Shown here: positions 27,733-35,721 of the stretch, piece by piece
Layout of the letters: the number at the start of each line of letters is the position of its first letter
How positions within the stretch are numbered: position 1 is the first letter of the stretch
Assembly: GCA_009777715.1 (NCBI GenBank)
Contig: WRLH01000017.1
Coordinates: forward strand, 2,191 to 66,190
Source: Lachnospiraceae bacterium
Lineage (GTDB): Bacteria; Bacillota; Clostridia; Lachnospirales; Lachnospiraceae
Direction: 5' to 3'
Length of the DNA stretch: 64,000 nucleotides
The notes under the pieces: model-generated
Told to the model about the DNA's origin: nothing
Seen by the model: only the letters and a program-made list of their open reading frames with translations
Databases searched by the model: none
Position numbers and translations under genes: made by a program

Positions 27733-28770
27733 TTATTTTTCTTGATTATCACCATCATAATTAGGCGGAACTTGATAAGCTTGGCTATCGTTTTTCACCT
27801 TTGATTTCTTGAGGCTAAACCTTATCGTAAATACTATTGCCGTAATAATGACCGCCCAGATTACAAGGAATGGGCTGTTGATGAACAGCCAGATAAAGAA
27901 ATTCGAAATTCCGCGGCCAACCGCCCTTAAGCTGCTTGAAAAACCGATCCTTATTTTTTCGCCAAAGCTAAGCTCTTCGACAATCGTCAGCTCCGTAACT
28001 TCCTGGACCGACAAAGAAACCGTGCTATAGGCAACCAAGTTGTCAAAGGTCTTTAATTGTGAACCCAGCCATTCCATATGGTAACGGACTTCAGACATAC
28101 GCTGTTCAAGCAAGAGGATATCTTCAATTGATTCTGCCCTGGCCAAAAGTTCAAGCAGCCTGTCATGTTCAACTTCGAGGGCTTCTTTTCTGCTTTCGGT
28201 ATCGGCATATTGAAGCGTCACGTCACGGATGCTTTCGTAATGATAAAGGACGTTAGAAATATTGCTGACCATATTGATGAAGCTGTCGTATGAATCAGCC
28301 GGAATCCTGATTGTCATATAGGCGTTACGGCTTTGGACTCCGCCATAACCAAAACGTGAGTTATTACTGGTGTTAAAATTCTCCATGTAACCGCCAAGGC
28401 TTTCAACCCGGAACTGGATATCTGAAAGCAGGAAATCAAATTCTTCCGTCTCAACATTAAGGTTCGCGTCGCGGATAAGTTTTCGGAATGCCAAATCACT
28501 AACCGCGGTTGAGTCTGGCGCATTTTGCGTGGCATTTTGCCTTAAACTGCTGTCTTCTTGCATTTCGTAAGCTTCATTAGAAACTACGTCAGCAGTAATG
28601 CCAAATGACGCGCCGCCACTTGAAGACGCAGTCCCCATTTCTTCCATCATCGGGACTATCGCCCGCGGGGCCATCTCGGTCATTTCGTATGAATCAGCGC
28701 GGCCCGCCGAACAGGCGGATAAAATAACAGTTGTTATTATTACTAAGACCAAACTTACATATTTTTTCAT
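27733..28770 (-). CDS. DUF4349-like lipoprotein with a C-terminal TM segment
   Basis: The track ORF reaches 28872 by reading through REP hairpins. ATG 28770 (MKKYVSLVLVIITTVILSACS, with a lipobox) has GGAGGAGAG upstream. Confidence 0.55.
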   Translation of the reverse strand: MKKYVSLVLVIITTVILSACSAGRADSYEMTEMAPRAIVPMMEEMGTASSSGGASFGITADVVSNEAYEMQEDSSLRQNATQNAPDSTAVSDLAFRKLIRDANLNVETEEFDFLLSDIQFRVESLGGYMENFNTSNNSRFGYGGVQSRNAYMTIRIPADSYDSFINMVSNISNVLYHYESIRDVTLQYADTESRKEALEVEHDRLLELLARAESIEDILLLEQRMSEVRYHMEWLGSQLKTFDNLVAYSTVSLSVQEVTELTIVEELSFGEKIRIGFSSSLRAVGRGISNFFIWLFINSPFLVIWAVIITAIVFTIRFSLKKSKVKNDSQAYQVPPNYDGDNQEK

Positions 28771-28790
28771 AATCTCTCCTCCAAATTCCA

Positions 28791-28914
28791 GATTGCGGGT
28801 CAGGCCCGCAATGACAATACCTTGGCGTGATTGCGGGTCAGGCCTGCAATGACAATAAATTGCTTGCGTCACCAGGGCCTCCGAGCCGCGTCATTGCGGG
28901 CTTGACCCGCAATC
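28791..28914. repeat. Cluster of three REP-like hairpins (28791-28815 +, 28829-28853 +, 28890-28914 -)
   Basis: GATTGCGGGTCAGGCCCGCAATGAC, GATTGCGGGTCAGGCCTGCAATGAC and GTCATTGCGGGCTTGACCCGCAATC, plus a GGCCTCCGAGCCGC half-site. Confidence 0.9.
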
Positions 28915-28917
28915 TCC

Positions 28918-31842
28918 TCACAGCAATAGCGGCATGACCGCCTTAAACATCTCTTTGTGTTCATTAATTTTTTCTTCCGCCCCGACCACGCAAAAACATT
29001 CATAACCAATAAATGCCTCAACATAGCGGTACAAACCGCGGATTGTTTCTAAGTCGGTTGACAAAAGCTCATCGCGTTCTTTTTGGATTCTCTCAAAGCT
29101 AAGGCCGCTCATATACGCCGTCATCGAATATGCACCCTTTGCCGCCGGATTCATCGGCGTATCTAGGTCGCCGATTGCCCCAATGACGAAGCCATTAATC
29201 GCCCGTTCATCAGCTTGGTAATCGCGGATAAACAAAGCCGCCTTTTCAAAAATCTCATTCGTCCGCTTAAGATGAGGGTCGCGGTATGAGACAAAGTAGC
29301 TGTCGCCAGTCCGCGTAAAATTGCACATACATCCATAAGCTCCGCCCAGAACCCGGATTTGCGTCCACAGATACTCATAACCCATCATCACCTTTAGCAC
29401 CTTTAGCGCGCCAGTATAAGGTAAGCCAGCAGTGATGAAATTCCCGGCCCGGCAGACATACTGCACCTGCCCGGCGGTCATGAAGCCCTCGTTTAGCTTT
29501 TTTGCTTCATATTCGTAGCTTCCGGCTTCGAGCGGGCATTTAAACAGGCTGGCGGCAAAATCCTTTACTGCTTCCGCGATAATATAACCGTCCTCGGAAG
29601 CGGTATAGTCAACCAGCAAATTTTCCGCTCTAAATAGATACGTTGCCAGCGTCTTAAGTTTATGGCTTAAATCTGATTTTTTTTCTTCATAATTCGCCAT
29701 CAAGTCTGAAAGCAAGCGATATTGGGCAATTCCGCTCATCGTGTCAGCCAAAGAAGCCGTTTCGGAAAAATATGATAATGTCCTAAGGGCAGAAAGGCTG
29801 TGGCCGCTGCTTTGCATTGTTGCTTCCATTTTTGACTTCATTTCGGCAATGATTTCATATAACCGCTTGCTGTCGTCAAATTTTGATGTTAGGACAATCT
29901 CATTAATTAGTTCAAAGGCTTTAGGGATATTTTCATATAAAACCTTAACATTTATTTCTAATTTTGCTTGATATTCCGTGGTTTTTTCGGAATTTACATA
30001 AGATGTGACAGTTGTGATGACCCCGCCAGTATAAATGTTTATTTCATTAAACAAATCGGCGAAAGCATAGTTTTCCGTGTCAACCAAAGCTAAGGTTGAT
30101 TTCAGTATGCCTAAATAAGGAAGCAATTGGCCGGGGATTTTCATAATGTCAAAAATAAAGCGCAGATACCCAATCCCATTGGTAAAAATATTGTGGTATA
30201 AAATATCCGTCCCGTCAGCTTTCCGAAGCTCATTAACAAATTCAACCGCTTCCTTGCGGATATCTTCGCGGTTAAGCATGGGGATTTTTAATAAATCCTC
30301 CGGCTTGCTTGGCTCTCTTTGATAAAGAGCAAGCTCTTCCTTCTCGCTGACAATCGTTTTTATTTCGTCGGCGGTAAGGCTTTTTTGGTATTTTTTTAGC
30401 CTGTCCGCTAGTTTTTCATCGTTGGCAGCAGTTAAGCCGCAAACAGGCAAGACCTTCATCATCGTTTTGTGGGGGTTAGAAAGCAAATAATCTTTGATTA
30501 AATTTTCAAAATAATCCGTTTCAATTGCTTCTTTTAGGAAACTAAAAGTATCTAGGGCTTCCAAATATAAGAATGGCTTTCCTTCATCATAAATCCAGCT
30601 GTCGAGGGCTTGAAGCCCATAAATCAAGCCTTTGGGATAAGAGCCAAAATCAGCCTCGCGGTAGCGGAACTCATAGAGATTAAGACCAGCCCTTAGGGCT
30701 TTTTTGTCAAGGCCATTATTGACCAGCTCGGTCAATGTGCTATTGATAACCGCAATGAACTCATCTTCCCTTTCACTTTTAGCGTCTTTGGCAATGACGC
30801 TAAAATAAGGCTGGCCAATGCCCATTTCCATAATGCTGCTGATATCCTTGCCGAGACGCTTGTCTAAGAGGGCTTGCTTTAACTTCGCCCCTTGGGCGCC
30901 TAACAGCGCGTAATCTAGGATCTGGAAAGCCAGATAAAGGCGGGCATCAACCCCGATATTGAGGGCAGTATTGTAAGTAAGGTAAGTGCTTTCGTTTGTG
31001 TCCTCGCCGTCAAGGACGGGGTACTCTTTGTTTAGGTAAAGCGGTTCGGTAAAACTTTCTTGATGGATAATGGTAGAATCAATCTCAAGCCGCTCAAAGC
31101 GGGATAAATACACCTCATCAAGAAACTTAAGCCGTTCCGCAACATCAACATCGCCATAAAGATAAATAAAGCTGTTTGACGGATGGTAATAGCTTTTGTG
31201 GAAATCAAGGAACTGCTGATAAGATAGGCTGGGAATAACGGCCGGGTCGCCGCCTGACTCAAGCCCATATGTCCCATTAGGATAAAGGGAAGCAGTAATC
31301 TCTTTTTCGACAACATCATCGGGGGTCGAAAAAGCGCCTTTCATTTCATTATAAACAACACCGTTTAGGGTAAGGTCTTCTTTTTCATCTTGCAGCACAT
31401 AATGCCAGCCTTCCTGCTGGAAAATCTTTTTTTCTTTGTAGATATTGGGATAAAAAACCGCGTCAAGATAGACGTGCATCAAATTGGCAAAATCCTTTTT
31501 ATTACAGCTTGCAACCGGGTAAACGGTTTTGTCAGGATAGGTCATCGCATTAAGGAATGTATTAAGCGAGCCTTTAACCAGCTCAATAAAAGGGTCTTTG
31601 GCCGGGAATTTTTCTGAGCCGCATAAGACGCAATGCTCCAGGATATGGGCAACGCCAGTCGAGTCCGTTGGCGGGGTGCGAAACGCGATATAAAAGACTT
31701 TGTTGTCGTCGTCATTTAGTAAAAGGGTAATTCTTGCCCCGGTTTTACGGTGCTTTAAGAGCAGCCCTTGGGATTTTAAATCGCCAATCGGGCGGTCTTC
31801 AATGATTTCGTAGATTTCGGTGTTGATGTCGGTGGTTTTCAT
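28918..31842 (-). CDS. M16C-family zinc metallopeptidase (PreP/insulinase-like)
   Basis: 974 aa. Has the inverted zinc motif HILEH followed by CVLCGS. Length and architecture fit presequence-protease-like M16C enzymes. Confidence 0.88.
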   Translation of the reverse strand: MKTTDINTEIYEIIEDRPIGDLKSQGLLLKHRKTGARITLLLNDDDNKVFYIAFRTPPTDSTGVAHILEHCVLCGSEKFPAKDPFIELVKGSLNTFLNAMTYPDKTVYPVASCNKKDFANLMHVYLDAVFYPNIYKEKKIFQQEGWHYVLQDEKEDLTLNGVVYNEMKGAFSTPDDVVEKEITASLYPNGTYGLESGGDPAVIPSLSYQQFLDFHKSYYHPSNSFIYLYGDVDVAERLKFLDEVYLSRFERLEIDSTIIHQESFTEPLYLNKEYPVLDGEDTNESTYLTYNTALNIGVDARLYLAFQILDYALLGAQGAKLKQALLDKRLGKDISSIMEMGIGQPYFSVIAKDAKSEREDEFIAVINSTLTELVNNGLDKKALRAGLNLYEFRYREADFGSYPKGLIYGLQALDSWIYDEGKPFLYLEALDTFSFLKEAIETDYFENLIKDYLLSNPHKTMMKVLPVCGLTAANDEKLADRLKKYQKSLTADEIKTIVSEKEELALYQREPSKPEDLLKIPMLNREDIRKEAVEFVNELRKADGTDILYHNIFTNGIGYLRFIFDIMKIPGQLLPYLGILKSTLALVDTENYAFADLFNEINIYTGGVITTVTSYVNSEKTTEYQAKLEINVKVLYENIPKAFELINEIVLTSKFDDSKRLYEIIAEMKSKMEATMQSSGHSLSALRTLSYFSETASLADTMSGIAQYRLLSDLMANYEEKKSDLSHKLKTLATYLFRAENLLVDYTASEDGYIIAEAVKDFAASLFKCPLEAGSYEYEAKKLNEGFMTAGQVQYVCRAGNFITAGLPYTGALKVLKVMMGYEYLWTQIRVLGGAYGCMCNFTRTGDSYFVSYRDPHLKRTNEIFEKAALFIRDYQADERAINGFVIGAIGDLDTPMNPAAKGAYSMTAYMSGLSFERIQKERDELLSTDLETIRGLYRYVEAFIGYECFCVVGAEEKINEHKEMFKAVMPLLL

Positions 31843-32120
31843 ATGGCCTCTTTTCTAATAGCAGGTAATTGGTAAATTGTGTCTGGGTCAATGTCTATAC
31901 ATTTGCTCCCATCTTTGTCTCCCCCTATATCCCAAGCAAGCGTATCATTTAAAATTGTACAAGCTCCGATAAAGACATTAATATCCCGGAGTGGTTCAAA
32001 AATTGGCTTATTAAGTAAATCGGCCATATTGTATAAAACAATTTTACCATCGTGAAAATAAACCGTGACGGTATAATCATGATGTGGCAGTACTTGCACT
32101 ATTTCAGGAAAATAATCCAT
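31839..32120 (-). CDS. DUF2442 domain-containing protein
   Basis: 93 aa. The small-protein pattern (..VLPHHDYTVTVYFHDGKIVLYNM..) and its pairing with an upstream DUF4160 gene fit DUF2442. Its stop overlaps the peptidase start (ATGA). Confidence 0.6.
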   Translation of the reverse strand: MDYFPEIVQVLPHHDYTVTVYFHDGKIVLYNMADLLNKPIFEPLRDINVFIGACTILNDTLAWDIGGDKDGSKCIDIDPDTIYQLPAIRKEAI

Positions 32121-32130
32121 TTTTTGCTCC

Positions 32131-32391
32131 TTACATGAGGGGATTAATATTATTTAATTCTTTGCCGTCCTTGGCAAGCTCCCAGTTTTGCATTAATTCA
32201 TCATGATGTATTTCACACCATGCAAGAACAAGTTTCATTTGTTTGGATGGCAAAAAACCCTTGCTGATTCTTGCTTTCGAAATCTCAATAAGGGCTTTAT
32301 TATTATTATATTCTGCATGGAAATGCGGTGGATTGTGGTCATCATAATACATTGTGACCCTAATTCCATAAAATAATGATATTTCTGGCAA
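32131..32391 (-). CDS. DUF4160 domain-containing protein
   Basis: 86 aa. ISLFYGIRVTMYYDDHNPPHFHAEY is the hallmark DUF4160 motif. It uses a TTG start 7 nt after AAGGAG. Confidence 0.7.
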   Translation of the reverse strand: MPEISLFYGIRVTMYYDDHNPPHFHAEYNNNKALIEISKARISKGFLPSKQMKLVLAWCEIHHDELMQNWELAKDGKELNNINPLM

Positions 32392-32426
32392 TTATATTCT
32401 CCTTATGGTTTTGATTGTCTTTATTA

Positions 32427-32552
32427 TACCACGCACGAGCCAAGTAAATCAATTCAATATTTGTACCACAAACCACACGCACGAGCCAAGTAAATCCTTT
32501 TAAGGGAAAATGCGAAGCATTTTTATAAGTCGATACGTCAGTATCGACTTAT
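32427..32552. repeat. ~85-bp twin-hairpin repeat, copy 1 (plus a partial duplicated head)
   Basis: TGTACCACAAACCACACGCACGAGCCAAGTAAATCC...AAAATGCGAAGCATTTTTATAAGTCGATACGTCAGTATCGACTTAT. An inverted copy lies at 62981-63061. Confidence 0.8.
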
Positions 32553-33773
32553 TTACTCCCCCAGCACCTTAAGGACAAGCTCCGCGATTTTCTGATGCCC
32601 CAGCGGATTCGGGTGAATGATGTCAAAGCTTAAATTCATCTTAGCAAGGTCAAGATAATAATTCATCAGCTCGCTTAAAGCTTCCATGTCAGCAAAGATT
32701 AAGTCAACGTCAGCGATCAAATAACCATAATTTTGCTCTGTAAAATTTTTTTGCTCTGTAAAATTTTTTTGCTCTGTAAAATTTTTTTGCTCTGTAAAAT
32801 TTTTTTGCTCTGCAAAATGATGCCCTGCAAAAATAATTTCATTAATTGCCTGTGTGTATGCCCCGGCTTGCCCGGCCAGATCAAGCTCTAACCCTAGCAC
32901 CGCTTCGGGAATTGGGTTGTAAAGCGTGTTGACAACGAGGGTTGCGCTGGGGGCATTCTCCTTAAGCCATGCGATAATTTCTGAAAACTCGGCCGCAAAA
33001 TCAGCGATTCCCTCTTCCATCTCGGCGGTCAATTCTTCGGGCAAAGGGCCTGCTAAAACCGCCAGCGGATTATTGGCGTTAAGCTCGTTCATGCGGGCAA
33101 AAATTTCCATTGAATCACCAAAAATTAAGGTTGCCCTTTGCAAAAATTCCCCGATTCTAAGTAAGTCAGACAAAGAAAAATTCTCCGATATGCCTTGAAG
33201 TTCAGCATTCAGCCCCTCAAATTCCCCGGCCACGCCCATGGCGTCAATCGCAATCGTGCCAACATCGGCAATCATGTCCGTGATGGCCTGGAAATCCGGA
33301 AGATAACTTATCATGGGCTTAAGGATATTGTTTCCGCCGATATTAAGGGAAATAATCCGCGCATTATTAATGGCATTAAGTTCATCTGCGTTCAAGCTAG
33401 AAAGCTGTTCCAGAAGCATTCCGGTTGTTAGCCCGGTTGCGCTAAAATTCTCGTAACGGTTCACGTCGCCTAATTCACTAAGCCGCTCAAAGACCAAATC
33501 CGGGTATCGCTCTTCTAAGGAAACGCCGTACCCGGCCGGGATTGAATCACCCAGCGCGATAAAAAAAAGCGGCTCGGGCTCTGGCTCTGGTTCTGGCTCT
33601 ACCTGCGCTTCCTCAAGGGTCAAAAAATCAAACGCACCGCTTCCCTCTTGCTGGCCCAGATTTAAGTTTTGCCCCTCATTATTTTTCTTAAGCAGCACGG
33701 CAATAATAACACCTGTTATTAAAAGGCACAAGATGAGGAATAAGATGATGACTTGATAAGTTGTTTTTTTCAT
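32553..33773 (-). CDS. Membrane-anchored SGNH/GDSL-family hydrolase
   Basis: 406 aa. Has an N-terminal TM helix, block I FIALGDSIPAGYG, block III GGNN and a C-terminal HPNPLGH. It contains an internal (EQKNFT)n repeat. Confidence 0.75.
   Translation of the reverse strand: MKKTTYQVIILFLILCLLITGVIIAVLLKKNNEGQNLNLGQQEGSGAFDFLTLEEAQVEPEPEPEPEPLFFIALGDSIPAGYGVSLEERYPDLVFERLSELGDVNRYENFSATGLTTGMLLEQLSSLNADELNAINNARIISLNIGGNNILKPMISYLPDFQAITDMIADVGTIAIDAMGVAGEFEGLNAELQGISENFSLSDLLRIGEFLQRATLIFGDSMEIFARMNELNANNPLAVLAGPLPEELTAEMEEGIADFAAEFSEIIAWLKENAPSATLVVNTLYNPIPEAVLGLELDLAGQAGAYTQAINEIIFAGHHFAEQKNFTEQKNFTEQKNFTEQKNFTEQNYGYLIADVDLIFADMEALSELMNYYLDLAKMNLSFDIIHPNPLGHQKIAELVLKVLGE
32733..32818 (-). 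repeat. In-frame 18-bp tandem repeat x4.7 (TTGCTCTGTAAAATTTTT) inside the SGNH hydrolase gene
   Basis: Units are at 32733, 32751, 32769 and 32787, with a partial unit at 32805. It encodes FTEQKNFTEQKNFTEQKNFTEQKNFTEQN. Confidence 0.9.
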
Positions 33774-33789
33774 TTATCTCCTATATAAT
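33761..33789 (+). promoter_or_regulatory. Candidate sigma-A promoter TTGTTT-17-TATAAT placed 7 nt before the PIG-L ATG (a leaderless transcript is possible)
   Basis: TTGTTT at 33761-33766, a 17-nt spacer, TATAAT at 33784-33789, then ACCTACT and ATG 33797. There is no Shine-Dalgarno sequence before the ATG. Confidence 0.4.
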
Positions 33790-33796
33790 ACCTACT

Positions 33797-34639
33797 ATGA
33801 ACCTAACCAACCCAAACGCCCAGCTTTTTATCCCCGGCGGAACTAACGAAAAAACCGCCTTAGAAAGAATAACCCATCTTTGTATCGCCGCCCACCAAGA
33901 CGATGTAGAAATCATGGCTTATGGCCCGATTGCTGAATGCTACAATTCAGAAAGCAAATGGTTTGGTGCGGTGGTCGTAACTGATGGGTCTGGTTCACTG
34001 CGTGATGGTTCGCCGCCGGGCGGTAAAGCCAATGCCGAAATCAAAGCAATCCGCGCCGTTGAGCAAAACAAAGCGGCCTTAATCGGCAGGTATTCAGCCA
34101 TGCTCCAGTTAGGTTACGAAAGCAAAGCGGTCAAAAAACCAAATGCTTCATGCACCGCGGAAATGGCCGCCATTGTCTGCGCGTGCCGCCCCCAGTTCTT
34201 ATTTACCCACAATCTATTCGACAAGCACGATACCCATGTCGCTATTGCCATGCGTTTACTGGAAGCACTCCAGCTTGTCCCGGAAAACCTACGCCCGGAA
34301 AAAGTCTATGCCCTTGAGGTATGGCGCGGACTTGACTGGCTAAATGACGAGGCAAAAGTCATTTTTGACACCGCGCCTTATCCGGAGCTTGCGTTAGAGC
34401 TTTTAAGCGTCTTTGCCTCCCAAATAAAAGGCGGTAAGCGTTATGACTTAGCCGCAATGGGCCGCCGCGTTGGCAACGCGACCTTTTTGGCTCCTGATTC
34501 GGTTGACGAAAAAAGTTCCCTTACTTACGGCATGGATATGACCGCATTGGTCAGAAATCCTGACCTTAATGGTTTTATCAATGCCCATCTTGACGAGTTT
34601 CGCCGTGATGTCCTTAACCGGATTATGCGGACGAGCTAA
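33797..34639 (+). CDS. PIG-L/LmbE-family deacetylase
   Basis: The motif CIAAHQDDVEIM corresponds to AHPDDE. The N-terminus MNLTNPNAQLFIPGG fits the family. The track start at 33761 (TTG) would overlap the divergent gene start. Confidence 0.75.
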   Translation: MNLTNPNAQLFIPGGTNEKTALERITHLCIAAHQDDVEIMAYGPIAECYNSESKWFGAVVVTDGSGSLRDGSPPGGKANAEIKAIRAVEQNKAALIGRYSAMLQLGYESKAVKKPNASCTAEMAAIVCACRPQFLFTHNLFDKHDTHVAIAMRLLEALQLVPENLRPEKVYALEVWRGLDWLNDEAKVIFDTAPYPELALELLSVFASQIKGGKRYDLAAMGRRVGNATFLAPDSVDEKSSLTYGMDMTALVRNPDLNGFINAHLDEFRRDVLNRIMRTS

Positions 34640-34642
34640 TTT

Positions 34643-35584
34643 TCAAACTACCCCGGCCAAAGCTGCCCCGATTATCCCGGCATCGTTGCCCAGTGAAGCA
34701 ATCCGGATTTCGGTATTCCGTACCGGATGCCGGAACGTCGATTTTTCGACCATTTCCCTGACGGGCAGCAGCATCGCGTCACCCTCATTGCTGATTCCGC
34801 CGCCGATCGTGATTATTTCCGGCTGGAAAATATTGACAATGCTGCTAAGGCCGCTGGCAAGATAATTAAGATATTTATTAACAACCAGCTGGCCGGAAGC
34901 GTCACCCTCACCTTTTGCAATAAAGGCCGTCTGCCCATCAACCAAATGTTTATCAGGGGCGATTTGCCACATGGTGCTAGCCGGGTCGATGTCCATCTGC
35001 TCTTTCGTAAGGGCAATCAGACCGCTCGCTGAAGCATATTTTTCCCAGCAGCCTTTTGCTCCGCAGTTACATGATTTTCCATCATGGATAAAGGCCATAT
35101 GCCCGATTTCACCGCCGATCTGGTTAAAGCCGGTAAAAATTTTGCCATTGATGACAATGCCGCCGCCAATGCCGGTCCCTAATGTAATCATGACCATATT
35201 GGCACAGCCTTTGGCGCTTCCGGCATAGGCTTCCCCAAAAGCGGCCGCGTCAGCATCGTTTAGCAAGTGGATTTTGACGTTCCATTTTTCCTTGAGCATA
35301 TCCGCAAGAGAGGCATTAGTTAAGGGCAGGTTGGCGCAGAAAATCACTTTTCCGCTGTCATTGTCAACCGGGCCGGGAATGCCTAAGCCAATTGAGGTGA
35401 TTTTGCTTTCACTTAACCCGGCTTTATCGCAAGCTTCGGCAATAATCGTTTTGATGTCATCGATGATTGCATTCGCGCCTTTGTCATTTATGGTCGGGCG
35501 TTTGGCTTTTGCGAGTATTTCGCCCTCTTTGGTAACGACTCCGGCGACAAGGTTCGTTCCGCCGACATCTACTCCTATGTGCAT
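34643..35584 (-). CDS. glcK: ROK-family glucokinase
   Basis: 313 aa. Has the DVGGTN ATP-binding motif and the zinc motif CNCGAKGCWE. AGGAGA lies upstream. Confidence 0.85.
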   Translation of the reverse strand: MHIGVDVGGTNLVAGVVTKEGEILAKAKRPTINDKGANAIIDDIKTIIAEACDKAGLSESKITSIGLGIPGPVDNDSGKVIFCANLPLTNASLADMLKEKWNVKIHLLNDADAAAFGEAYAGSAKGCANMVMITLGTGIGGGIVINGKIFTGFNQIGGEIGHMAFIHDGKSCNCGAKGCWEKYASASGLIALTKEQMDIDPASTMWQIAPDKHLVDGQTAFIAKGEGDASGQLVVNKYLNYLASGLSSIVNIFQPEIITIGGGISNEGDAMLLPVREMVEKSTFRHPVRNTEIRIASLGNDAGIIGAALAGVV

Positions 35585-35608
35585 GGTTATTCTCCTATGA
35601 AGTTTATA

Positions 35609-35721
35609 GATTGCGGGTCAAGCCCGCAATGACGTAAAATGGGGTCATTCCGCAATGACGTAAAAGGGGGTCATTCCGCAATGACGTAAAAGGGGGTCAT
35701 TGCGGCCTCCGAGCCGCAATC
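35609..35721. repeat. REP cluster: REP(+) 35609-35633, two collapsed copies GTCATTCCGCAATGAC (35644-35659, 35670-35685) within a 26-bp tandem unit, REP(-) 35696-35721
   Basis: Read directly from the sequence. The last REP overlaps the stop codon of the 674-aa gene. Confidence 0.9.
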
